A stretch of 63,991 bases of DNA, filler included, from Hausera hauseri (lineage: Eukaryota): NCBI GenBank assembly GCA_046269625.1. It is 10 parts of 10 records of this genome, joined end to end, with 100 filler letters (N's around TTAATTAATTAA, not from the genome) between each part and the next. Parts side by side here need not be neighbours in the genome. Positions count along the whole stretch, not along the records: positions 23,174 to 28,306 come from JBJURY010325161.1; positions 28,407 to 42,040 come from JBJURY010788756.1; 8 more parts are not named here. One strand, given 5' to 3'. Positions 23,753 through 34,975 of this stretch are shown piece by piece. The translations under genes and the position numbers were made by a program. A model generated the notes under the pieces. The model was given only the letters and a program-made list of their open reading frames with translations. It made no database searches and was not told where the DNA came from. Numbering within the stretch: the first letter of the stretch is position 1; each line of letters starts with the position of its first letter.

Positions 23753-24942
23753 AAAATGTGTTAATTTGTTTAAATAATGTCAGTGTTATATTAGAAATAT
23801 AAATTGATGTGGAATCTTCTAGTTCCCTTACCCTCTTAAATATTCAAACATTTATTTTTAAAATAAACCTGTAGGAATGTTTTCCATATTTAAAACCATC
23901 TTTTAGAAATAGCTTAAATTCTATAAGAATTATATTAATAGAATGTTATAGACGATATCTTCTTCTTAAGTTACATTTATTTAAATACACGGTGATTGAC
24001 AAAAAAATTCAACCACACTTTACTTATATAAGACAAGATGCCACATTTTTTATCGAATACCTGAATTTATGCAAAATGTTCTAATTTTCATCACTATAAA
24101 TATACCCTGGTTAGCATTGTTGATGACCATCTATATTTCGTTAATATTATTATAAAGACGCTCAAATTCAAAGTAAAGATTTTAAATCTTAAGATTTTGT
24201 TACTACCAACATAAATACTTCAACATTTTAATCAATTTGGCATATATTCAAAGGTAATTTTCAGGATTATTAGGTAAACACAAAAGTAATGTTGTTTTAA
24301 AATTACTAAATGTTAAAAATATAACACAACTTTCGTGTTAACTTAATAGAATATCAACATAAATAGAAATATAAATGAACATGCTAATATTAGTCTACAT
24401 TTATAAAGGCAAACTTGTAAAATAAAAGGAAGACACGAATTCACACCAATTTAATTTATTAAAATCGCCTTGGCTACAAATTGGTAGATACATAGCATGT
24501 TGTAATTACGTAATACACATTGTTCTATAAAACGGATTAAAATTTTTCAAAATCACATTTAATTTAAGTTCAGAAAAAAATAATTTTGAAAGTAATCAAC
24601 TGTTTCTAATTCTAGTGTCAATCGGATTAAAACATGGATGTTACTAATTTTGGAATTAATTTAAAGCTATATACCAAATCATAAAATGTTTCTTTTTTTC
24701 ATTATGTTGCACAGTTTTGTTTAAACTAAGTCCAATTTTGAATATTAATGCTGGTAAAAATTGTAGCTAACGAATTATTCATTCTAATAAAATAGTAGAT
24801 TTCAAAGAATTTCTATTTAAAGTATTTATGAAAAGTATCTTAATAAAGAAATGTAAATCTTTTTAAATTTGTTTTTAACAATAACGATGAATTAAAAATA
24901 TACAAATTTTTAATTATCTAAAGTTAAATGATTTTAGTTGAT

Positions 24943-25415
24943 ATGGAGTCGCATTACAAGGATTCTCTATCAACAGCCATTGTAAATATGTTAATTCAGT
25001 GTGGTTTTGAGAATTCTTCTAAACGGGCTTTAGATGAAACAATTGGATTAGCATTAACATATTTACGGAGAATAACCACAAAAATTGTTGATTTAACAAA
25101 TGAATGTACGTTTGTTTCACAGTTACATAGGAATTATTCTCATGGGCACGTTTAGGCAATTTGTCAGAGTCGGATATTTTAATTGGTCTTGGTGCATTAA
25201 AATTATACGGTCATAATCTCGATGAATTGTTGGAATTTCTCCATAATTATAATGATATCTTTCCACCAGCGCCAAAAGTTTATTTCGGTCCGATTCCACA
25301 GAAACAAAGCGATCGACAGACGTCTGATGAAGAAAAACCAAATGAAATCGTATCATGGGCCCCAGAAATGAAACATGCACTGGCCAGTATAGGGATGCAA
25401 TTGCAAAACAAACAG
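24943..25415 (+). CDS. Host gene exons encoding a bromodomain-associated (BTP) histone-fold protein, TAF3/TAF8-like; exons 24943-25105 and 25156-25415
   Basis: MESHYKDSLSTAIVNMLIQCGFENSSKRALD...YLRRI joins in frame across a 50-nt GT-AG intron (25106-25155) to NLSESDILIG...LDELLEFLHN. A donor cag|gtag follows at 25415. Confidence 0.75.
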
Positions 25416-25454
25416 GTAGAAATCTATTTGATTTGTTTATAATATTTAAGTAGT

Positions 25455-25575
25455 GTTAAAATGTGCTTTTGGTCCCATCCCGGGGGAGGAATCGATAAAT
25501 CGATTTTGTACATGTGCCGATCGATATTGCACACTGTGCACTATCGATCCATAAAGTGCCTAGCAACGGTTCGAC
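25455..25575 (+). repeat. Partial copy of the atcgat/gtgcac-rich MITE-like repeat
   Basis: Aligns with 27970-28075 (aatcgataaatcgatttt...gtgcctagcaacgg). Confidence 0.75.
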
Positions 25576-25899
25576 CTGTTCTATACATAGGACCCTGGTC
25601 CTTAATTGGTTAAATATGCAATGGTCGAAAAACAATTGTATAAAATGACCCAAAAAGTCGTGAACATTGGATTTTAAAAACTTGACTTCAACTATTGTTA
25701 TCAATTAATATATTTAATGATGTTCCAATGCAACAGACCTGAGGAGCACACAATTTATTAATCCTTCATGAAAATGAATGTAAAAGATATACACATGTAC
25801 AAAGGACCACCGGTTAGTACTTCCACGGACCTTAGTAAATGCTTGAAAGCGTGAGGTCATAGACATAACAAGGGTTTGAAAATAGTCCATATGTAGGTG

Positions 25900-26226
25900 A
25901 TTTCTCCATGTTCTCATGATATCAACTTATAGACATACTGCATCCTTTATGATTTTTCCATTAAAACTATTTTTGATGAGCCAACGAGTTTTTAATTGGG
26001 TTCAGGTCTGCTGATTGAGGAGACCAATCAAGAACTTTCCATCTTTTCTGTGTGATTAAATTTTTACTACTGTTTCTGTGGCAAGGTATCCTGTCACTAT
26101 GTAGCCACAAGTCATTACTATTCCAAAGTAGCTTTGTAATACAGTGCATTACTTTAATGATAAATATACATTTTTGTGATTTATGAAGTTTTGTTCTTTG
26201 TGTTCACGGCTTTTTGAGTCACTGTA
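25900..26226 (-). mobile_element. Internally deleted Tc1-like remnant
   Basis: WKVLDWSPQSADLNPIKN (WPxQSPDLNPIEN motif). TA-CAGTG terminus at ~26226. Confidence 0.75.
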
Positions 26227-26252
26227 CAGTATAGACAATTTTATATTATGCT

Positions 26253-27776
26253 ACATACCTGTGCATATGTTTTTAGAAGGTGTAGAATGAAAATTTATAA
26301 TGTTTAGAGAAATACACTGAAAGGTTGTATAATTAATCTCAAAACTGTGCAGGCACTAGGGTAACTTTTCTCTACGCGCACACAGAAAGACAAATGCGTA
26401 TTGCATTATAATAAGCAGACAGAGATAAAAGTCATATGCAAGCAGGTAAATACAGCCATGCATATATATTGAATATGTGACGGCTGGCAGCATAGTCATG
26501 GTTAGTATTTCAAACTGCGTTGAAATAATTTATCGGTAAGTAACGATATTGTATACTATTATGCTTTCACATATTTTTAGCTATAAAAATGCGGTAAAAG
26601 TTGTTTAATGTTGTTTAATCTGCAGAATATGGTTAAAGTTCCGTTACATAAATGACAGGAGACTGTGGACTTAGGAAGGACAGCAAATTCGCAAGTGTAA
26701 ATTGCCCGAAAGTTGAAAGTATCAAGACGAACAGTACAAAATATTCTTCAAAACATCGTGCTGAACTAGGAATACAGGATTTGCCAAAATCAGGTCGCAA
26801 AAGGAAAATATCTCTAAATGAGGAGAAGTACCTGATATTAAATTCGCGACAAAATCCGAAACTTACAGAAAACAAGTTCAAAATTTGCTACCCTGTGGAC
26901 AAGCACTATCTGTTGACACCATCAAACGATACCTCACACGCAAGAATTTATGTGGGCGAATTGCGGTGAGAAAAACTTTGTTGAAGCCAAAACAAATCAA
27001 AAAGCGGCTGGAATGATGTCGAGCCAGAATGGAATGGACACAACAGCAATAGACTCGGGTGACATTTACCGAAGAATGCAAGTTGGAGCTGTATTCCAAA
27101 TGCGGAGAATATGTTTGAAGAGCTCGTAGAAAAATAATTAAACCATCTATGAAAACGCAGGCAATGAAATATTCCCCGTCGATCATGGTTTGATGAGGTA
27201 TTAGATTTGATGGTGTACCTTACCTGGTACACTGCGTCAGGAATGTGGATTCATAAGAGTACCAGCGATTTGTCGACATTGCCCTACCGATACTGTATAC
27301 GTGAAGGTTCATCTTCCAAGAAGATGGTGCCGGTTGCCACAAATCTGCCTCTACCAAACAGTACCTGCAAAGGAAAGAGATTAGGTACCTGGTAGAATGG
27401 CCCTACCAGAGTCTTGACCTTGGTTTGGTCGAAAACCTATGGGATGACTTGAAGAAAAAAGTGAAGGCCAGGGATCCCAAGATCGCAGATGACCTCTGGA
27501 CGTTTGCTGAAGAAAAATGGAACGCTATTCCGTTGGCTAGAATTCAGGGATTGTACCAGGGAATGACTCTACGAGTCTAGGTCTTAATTGCTTTCATAGG
27601 CGGCAACACTAAATATTGATTGCTTTGATATCTTATAATCCTTGAGTTTGATTCAGTTTTATGTATATAGGTAATACATGTTTTATATAAAAAATCTGCT
27701 ATTTCAGTATAAAAAATCATTTACAACAGTCTTCGATAATTATTTTAAGGGTGCTCAAGACATATGCACGACCGAA
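26253..27776 (+). mobile_element. Decayed full-length Tc1 element
   Basis: DLPKSGRKRKIS, RIAVRKTLLKPKQIKKRLE, FQEDGAGCH, EWPYQSLDL..VENLW, GGNTKY*. Degenerate TIRs gtgcatatgt...(~26260) and acatatgcac (~27765). Confidence 0.85.
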
Positions 27777-27949
27777 ATTCATAATATCTTACATTCTTTG
27801 ATACATAAAGTTAAAAGCCCCATTTCGAAAATTTAAAATTCTATCCTGCTTGTAGAGTTTAAAATTAGCTACAAAAGCATATCTTTATTGCGTTTCTCTC
27901 AGGTTCCAAACATGACCAATAAATAAGGAAAACATAAGATGTGCAGATA

Positions 27950-28306
27950 GTAGGGGGAAAATGGCGGTTCTGGCCCACCCCCGGGAGCGGGGTAATCGAT
28001 AAATCGATTTTGCACATGTGCCGATCGATAGTGAACACTGTGCAGTATCTATCCATAACGTGCCTAGCAACGGTGCCGCTCGGCACCGTTGCTAAGGGCA
28101 CTTTTTGCATTTTTCACTTATCAATCGCTGCACAGTGCATTATTGATCGAATCGATGGGGACAAAGTGCTAATCGATAGAGCACATCAAGGCGCATCAAC
28201 TGGTGCACAGTGCAAGTGTGCAGCACATGTGCTGCACTTAATGTTGTATATGAATGTGCAGTTAGAATTTAAATCGATTGATTGGTTTTCGAATAATTCG
28301 CAAGTG
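27950..28306 (+). repeat. MITE-like repeat with internal perfect hairpin
   Basis: tagcaacggtgccg-ct-cggcaccgttgcta at ~28065-28094. Homologous to 29402-29825. Confidence 0.75.
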
Positions 28307-28406
28307 NNNNNNNNNNNNNNNNNNNNNNNNNNNNNNNNNNNNNNNNNNNNTTAATTAATTAANNNNNNNNNNNNNNNNNNNNNNNNNNNNNNNNNNNNNN
28401 NNNNNN
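28307..28406. other. Artificial contig linker
   Basis: N-run with TTAATTAATTAA. Confidence 0.98.
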
Positions 28407-29401
28407 ATCAATTTTATATTAACGGCCATAATAGGTTTATGTTGGAACATCAAAGGTGAATCTAGGCCATGCAGTTTAATATCCAATTAGATCATATTTC
28501 GTGGGATTGGCCATTATTTCGTAACAGAAATTTTTTGAAATATTAAAATCAAAATTAGCCTAATCCTACTTTGGGCCCTACCTTGATGGCGGCACGGAAA
28601 GGATTCATTTGAATTCCCTTAATGCGGAGCGGAGAGGGGAAAAGAGGGCTGGTAGGAGTCTTAGGCTGAAGCCGACACCCTCCGCGGATCGTATGCAAGA
28701 GGGACGCGGTCGGTGGAAATTTCGTTTGAAATAACGAACGATGAAAGCACGGGAATTAGAATTAACGAGTGACTGATTGATAAAACGGTAGCAGATTCGG
28801 TAGGAGAATCGACATTCAGGGGGTTGGGATTTGTTCTTTCGAATGTATCTGGTTAAAAATGAAAAACGTAGTGAATGTTTTTAGTAATAATAATCAGACT
28901 AAGTTTTCTTTTGTTGTTTTCTTTTACTGGCGAGTTTAAAAATCTAGTTCATTGAAGTATTAGAAACACTTGGAATTTGGAAAATTTTGAAACAGTGAAA
29001 TGATATTAAGAAATCAGTTAATAATTTTCACTTATCTTCGAATATTGAAAATATTCGAATACAAAAATGGAATTATTTAAACAGTTTTCCTTATGATTTC
29101 TTTCAATTGTTGTATGTTAAATAAGTTTGGGCCTCGCCATCTCGAACCTTAATCTAATTACTCAGTTAAAAAGCAACCTTTGGGGTTACCAGATTAATAA
29201 TTAAAGTTAGTTGACCTTATGGAGTTAGGTCTGCCAGGAGGTGCACTGGCGTCACCTTTCCTTATTTATCAGGTTTTATATAATCGTCCTGAAGGCATTA
29301 ATACCAAAGAGGGCCCGAAGATTAGAGCAAATTTCCTATTAAAATACGCTATTTGCTTTAGTTAAGTCATTTAAATTAAACAATCCGTAAGTAGGTAGAA
29401 A

Positions 29402-29825
29402 ATGGGAAGTCTGCACCACCCCCAGGGGGTGTGCGAATCGATAAAATCATGGAGCACTATCGATCGGTAGTGTGCTAGGTGACGGTTCCGTTAGGTACCG
29501 TTGCTAGGCACATTTTTGCACATTTCAAAAATCGATAGCTGCACATTGCACAATTGGTTGAATCGATCGGGACAGAGTGCCAATCGATTGCGCACATTAG
29601 TTCACATTGATTTGTGCACAATGCAGATGCGCAGCACATGTTCAAGTGTGCAAAAATCAATAATATCGGTTTTCCGATATTTCAAATATTGATGATTAAC
29701 ACATGGCACTGGGTGCAATCCATTGAAAATACGGTGCACTATACGAACGTGTAATTAGAATTTAAATCGATCGAGTCGATTTCGAATAATATCAATCCAA
29801 AGTGCAACTGGTGCAGACTTCCCAT
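29402..29825. mobile_element. Non-autonomous TIR element (MITE), 17-bp TIR atgggaagtctgcacca
   Basis: Perfect inverted repeats at 29402-29418 and 29809-29825. Confidence 0.85.
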
Positions 29826-30739
29826 AGATTTTTACGTTCCAAGGAGTCAAAATTCGACAGATGTTTAAGCAGAAACAGATAGGAAGTTCGACATTTTAAT
29901 CCAAGTCTTCTATCTCAGATTTCCAAAATTCGGTGCACAACTCGAATACATATCGATTTTCACCGAATAGTATCAATTATCTTGACAGCCATAAAATTTT
30001 TGAGAAATCTGAGAGCGCAAGTAGATTTCTTATGTGTTAACGCACATATATAGCACTTTTCAGATGTGTCGCGCATATACAAGTGTGCTTTAATCAATAA
30101 TAATGGTTTTCCGATAAAACCTATAAAGTTAATTTTATCACACAATCACGTGGAAATCGAAAAATGTAAAAGCGTACACACAGAAACTAACATGTGTTGC
30201 ATCCGATTATGATATCAGATATTCGAAAACTTGAATACAATTCGAACTTTTCGAATAATTGATTTTTTTTAATAGAAGCAAAAATAAAAAAATCTAAAAG
30301 CGTAGAGGGATAGAAACCCATATATGGAAAATCCGAATATGACGTCAGATATTCGAAAAGAGGATTAAATAAAAAAGCCGAATTTTCTATCGAATTCGAA
30401 TAGCATCGTCGGATTCCCCACGTAGACCAAAAATAGGGTGTGCAAAGTATTTGGAACAGTCTTGAAATGAACAAAACATTGAAAAATTGATTAAATTCGG
30501 TCAACCGAATAGTATTTGAACAATCTGATTACACCATCAAATTCCCCATGTTAGAAAACCTTAAGTAACAAGACGAAAACAAAGGCCACGTAAGACTTCG
30601 GTTCGATTTGTTCAAAATTCCTTACAATTTAAGTTTAATTTTTATTTTCAATTATGACTACACAAATATGAGGTTGTTACAAAGGTTTCAGTATGAGTAT
30701 CAGTATCAAGGTATCTATCTGCAGTACCAGTTTTGTTCT

Positions 30740-31655
30740 ATAATAATGCATGTTATTATATCAAAACGTTAAATGAAACATGGACAAATAGCAAATTTGC
30801 ACTAGGCGAAAAGGGAGCCGAAACATCCCGCAAGATCAACTGTGCGTTTTACCCAGGAACAACAAATGAACACATTGTGTAAAGATGATTTATAAAATAT
30901 CGTAGCGATGACCAGACTTGAAGGTAACGAGCACAATGGTTAGCTTTCGGATGTTGACAACGATAAATTAAAGACCTTTGCAACCATACGCAAGAGATTA
31001 GAAAGTCAAAATGGCTCGATAAATAGGTGCCTCACGAACTGAAAGAATATCAAAAAATCGTTGATTTTAAGTGTCGACTGTCTTTTCTGAGCAGTAAAAA
31101 GGTCTTGTTTCTCGAAACGAATTATTCCGTGCTGTGAAAAGGTGGATTCTTTACTTCAATTGGTGACGCTCAGCTCAATGATTGGATAACTACCAAAGCC
31201 GAATTTGCACTAAAAGAAGATTATGGTGACTGTTTGATGGTCTTCGGTTGGTCTAATCCATCACAAGGTCCTAGATTCTGGAGAAACTACCACAGTGGAG
31301 ATGTATTGCAAACAAGTGGACAAAAAGATTCACTGTCAGCCACACATCGCACAACAGACCCCGAAAAGGTTGAACAAACAAGTCGCGAAACTTTGCCTCA
31401 CCCACTATACTTGCCGGACCTCTCGCCCACTGACTACTACTTATTCAAGTATATCCATAACTTGCTTCACAATGCCAGGAAGATGCCAAAAATGTCTTCA
31501 ACAACTTCAACGTCTTTAGAAATCTGGAGTTTCACGTTGGCAAATGTGTCCTAATTGTAATGGTTATTATTTCGATTGATAAAGTTTTGTTGGAGCCGAG
31601 GTGTGAATTTGTATGTGAAGGTGAAAAACCGCAATAACATTCGAAAAAACCTAAT
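30740..31655 (+). mobile_element. Decayed mariner element
   Basis: (W)VPHEL remnant, PHPLYLPDLSPTDYYLF, 3' TIR aaaaaccgcaataac...aacctaata. Confidence 0.85.
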
Positions 31656-31982
31656 ATTTATAATATTAGAACAGATAAACATTAAATTAGTCAGTACATT
31701 CAAGAGGCATAAGGTGGAGACACACCATCATTTCTAATTTAAATCCCACAGGACAAGAACTGAGAAACCTGTGGAAATCGGCGATGACATAGACGGAAGA
31801 TTTGAAAAAAATCGAGGCAGACGAGTGGAAAATAACTTAAATGGAGTAGTGTTTGCGATGGAATGTGTACAGAAGAACACAATAACAAATATCGTAGGCC
31901 TAAAGTCAATTTCACCCGAGGATTCATGAATTCTAATTCGATCTATGAAGTCAGGAGTTACCGAAAAACGTTTTTCATTTCT

Positions 31983-33659
31983 TCAACAAATAATAATAGT
32001 AAATATTAACATAAATATTAACTTGATCAACTGTCTGTTGCTGATACATAATTTCGACAATAAATCAGAAACGTTCTCCATATCTGTTTCCTTTGCCATC
32101 ATTTCTTCAAATTTAGGTCCAAAATTTCTAATGACATTTCTCATTTCTTCTGTTCGATGGTAACTTACAAAACCATTTTCTCTAAGCGGATAAACTATTT
32201 TCTTTGCTAAAGTAGTTCGAAATCTCGTTATATCCTCCGTTGTAGGGATTCCAGATATTTCTCCCAGAATTTTGTCGTTCGTTATTAGTTCATTGATCAA
32301 AAAGTCCAATACGTCAGATTTTGAAAACAACGCGAATAATGATGAGTCAAAGTAACAAGAATTTGCATTTCCTTGAATTCCAATATTCTTCCCCACATAA
32401 AATTTTGATGGAATACTTGGTACACGATTTGATTCTTTACTTGTAATTACATTCGCATTATTTTCTTCTCGACCTCCTTGTACAAAACGTGGATCTTCCA
32501 TAACATGGTCAATAGATGCCAGAATACCATGTCCTTGTGGACACTTAAATAAACTTTGCTTATCAAATGTACCATCGGTACCAAATTGTTGTCTGTCATC
32601 TAATTCTATTCCATAGAGATATTCATTATCTTCATTTTTACCACTCCATCTTACTGTCCCAAAAAATTCCTTCAATTCACCGTTCACTGGTTTGTAATAT
32701 GTAACAGCACAATTTAAATTGATGGAGGAAAATATTTTCTTACAATCGGGAATTTTACAAGTTTCATATGGAGTATACACAGAAATCGTATTTTCAGGTA
32801 CTATAATGGCTCTATTTTCATCAGTACGAATTAAACGGCACCTCCAAAACGTTCCATCTGAACCATAGGGTATATCTTTGAGCATCTGAATTAAAACCAT
32901 TTTCTCATTGTGAATCATTCCAAACTCTTTTATAATTCCCGTTAATTTTGATGTATCATTAAATGGTGGAATATTAACAAAGACTTTAGAACCCTGACGA
33001 AATTCATTAGATGAAATGAAACCAGTTTTATTCCACTTCAAGGGCTTCATATAATCAACGATTTTAGTGTTCAGAAAATAATGAACTTCTGTATCCAATG
33101 CGACGTTATCCAATGTCGTCACAATCCCACGTTTATTCATGCAGTCAAATCGAATATTATCCTTCAAAACTCCATCCATACTCATTTTAAATTCCATTTC
33201 CATGATTTCTTTTAGAACAGCTTCTTTAATTGGTATTTTTGACGGTTCAATGTTTTCTGATGTTTCTTCATTTGTAGGTAAACGGAAGATATATAAATGA
33301 ATTCCCGCAATTTTACAATGAATGCATTTATCAATGCATTTAATTTCGATATAATACATATCTGATATGTGATGGTCAATTTCATGATTTAATTTCGTCC
33401 TTATGTGATAAACACAATTTTCCTTTTGAGATTCTTTGATATAAACATTTGGACGCGTTATTTTACACAATTTTCTTTCTTTGATTTCTGTATTCATTCT
33501 TTTGAACTTTCGTTTAAATTCAGAGGTATTTTGCGTCCCACTTGAGATGCCAAATGTCTGTCTCAGCATTATTCTTTTCATCCTTTCTATCTTTCTGTCA
33601 TTCTCGTAATTTATCTTCATTCGTTGTTTCAACATCTTGACTTTATAAAGGAACAACAT
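31983..33659 (-). CDS. CYLD: CYLD-like deubiquitinase: CAP-Gly domains plus N-terminal half of USP domain (Cys box present, His box absent from this ORF)
   Basis: CAP-Gly motifs GSDGTF and FGTVRWSG...YGIELDD..GTDGTF...[33 protein letters not shown] matches CYLD [34 protein letters not shown] matches IVNPLRIYGYV. Confidence 0.88.
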   Translation of the reverse strand: [558 protein letters not shown]

Positions 33660-34975
33660 TTTGAAAAAACCAACAATTTATTGATATATTTCACGATATC
33701 TAATACAACTTTTCTTTTTGAAAAAACTAACAATTCATTAAAACATTTTTCAATTTTTAGAAACAGGAAGGACCTTCACAATAACATTGATGTTCACATA
33801 TTCAATCGGATAGTCATTTGCAATATATTTTTCTTCTTGATTCACAATGGTAAAAACACACATATAATAAACTTTACAATTAAACTTCGATTTTGATATG
33901 TGCTCTACTTCACCTTATACCACTATCAGTCGTCTCGACCTCTCCGGCTTGTTTGTTAATCGCCTAGGCGTGTGCATTTTGCCCCCTTCTTGAAGCCACT
34001 CAGGCTTCAATCGATTGAGAGGGTTTGTTTTGATAATAGTTTAGGAATTTGAGACAAGCCATAGAGAATTGAATAGGATTGGACACCCTTATTTTGAGCT
34101 CACCTCATTAACAGTAATGAATAACAGTTAGTCGAAATTAATTTGAATGAGATTGTAATCTTGACATCACTAAGTAAAAAAAGAAAAAAGAAAATTCTTC
34201 CGCTTCGTAATTGACTTCCATATGACTCATTTTCTTGAGAAACATAAACATGCAACAATAAGTTTCAAAAAAAACACAATTGATTTTCTTTATTCTTGGA
34301 ATCTATTCGATTATATGAGTTATCTAGAATTTTCTTAAGTATTATTGTTTATACCAGCACAATTTTCATTATTCTTTTCAAACAATAATTTGTTTCTATC
34401 AATTTTGTTGTTCAATCGGCTCATAATCCACATCGCCATACACCATCGTCCACTGTCTCCACCCCCCGTCATTTCTCCCATCTGTTGTCTGCGTCATCTG
34501 ATATAGCAATACAAGATTAGATCAAGTTAAAGGATTTATTTAAAATTCGAAGGCGTTTTAACGTTATTCATTTTTTGATAGACGAAGAAAGAGGAATGAA
34601 GAAGGCAATTCATGAAGATAGTTACAAGTTTTTTTTTGCGAGTGATTATAAGGTGATAATTTAATCGGGAAGTAAGGTTTTATCAATAAAAAATATAGAT
34701 ACGGATCGATTTTCTAAAGGTTTGTTTCAACTTAAAAAAAAACTACTATTTTCAATCCCAGTTGGGATTTAGTGAAGGGTTGTAGAGAAGTTAGAGTTTC
34801 TCTAGATTTCCGGCATTTGGAAGAAGCGATATTTACGTGAACTCATGAAATTTAGTTCACTCGATTCTTTAATCAGCAAGACAATTTTTCAGTTAATCAT
34901 AATTTCCAAAACTATATATCCCTATATTTACTTGTTATATATATTTATATAGGTTTAACTTAATTATCATCAATT

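Noticed and set aside
31983-32050. C-terminal transmembrane helix on the CYLD-like ORF ([12 protein letters not shown])
   Set aside because: This is more likely read-through into an AT-rich intron or junction (gtatcagc...ttgaag) where CYLD similarity stops.
34100-34975. 3' LTR of the BEL element
   Set aside because: No segment matches the candidate 5' LTR (41335-41557) beyond a 9-nt start.
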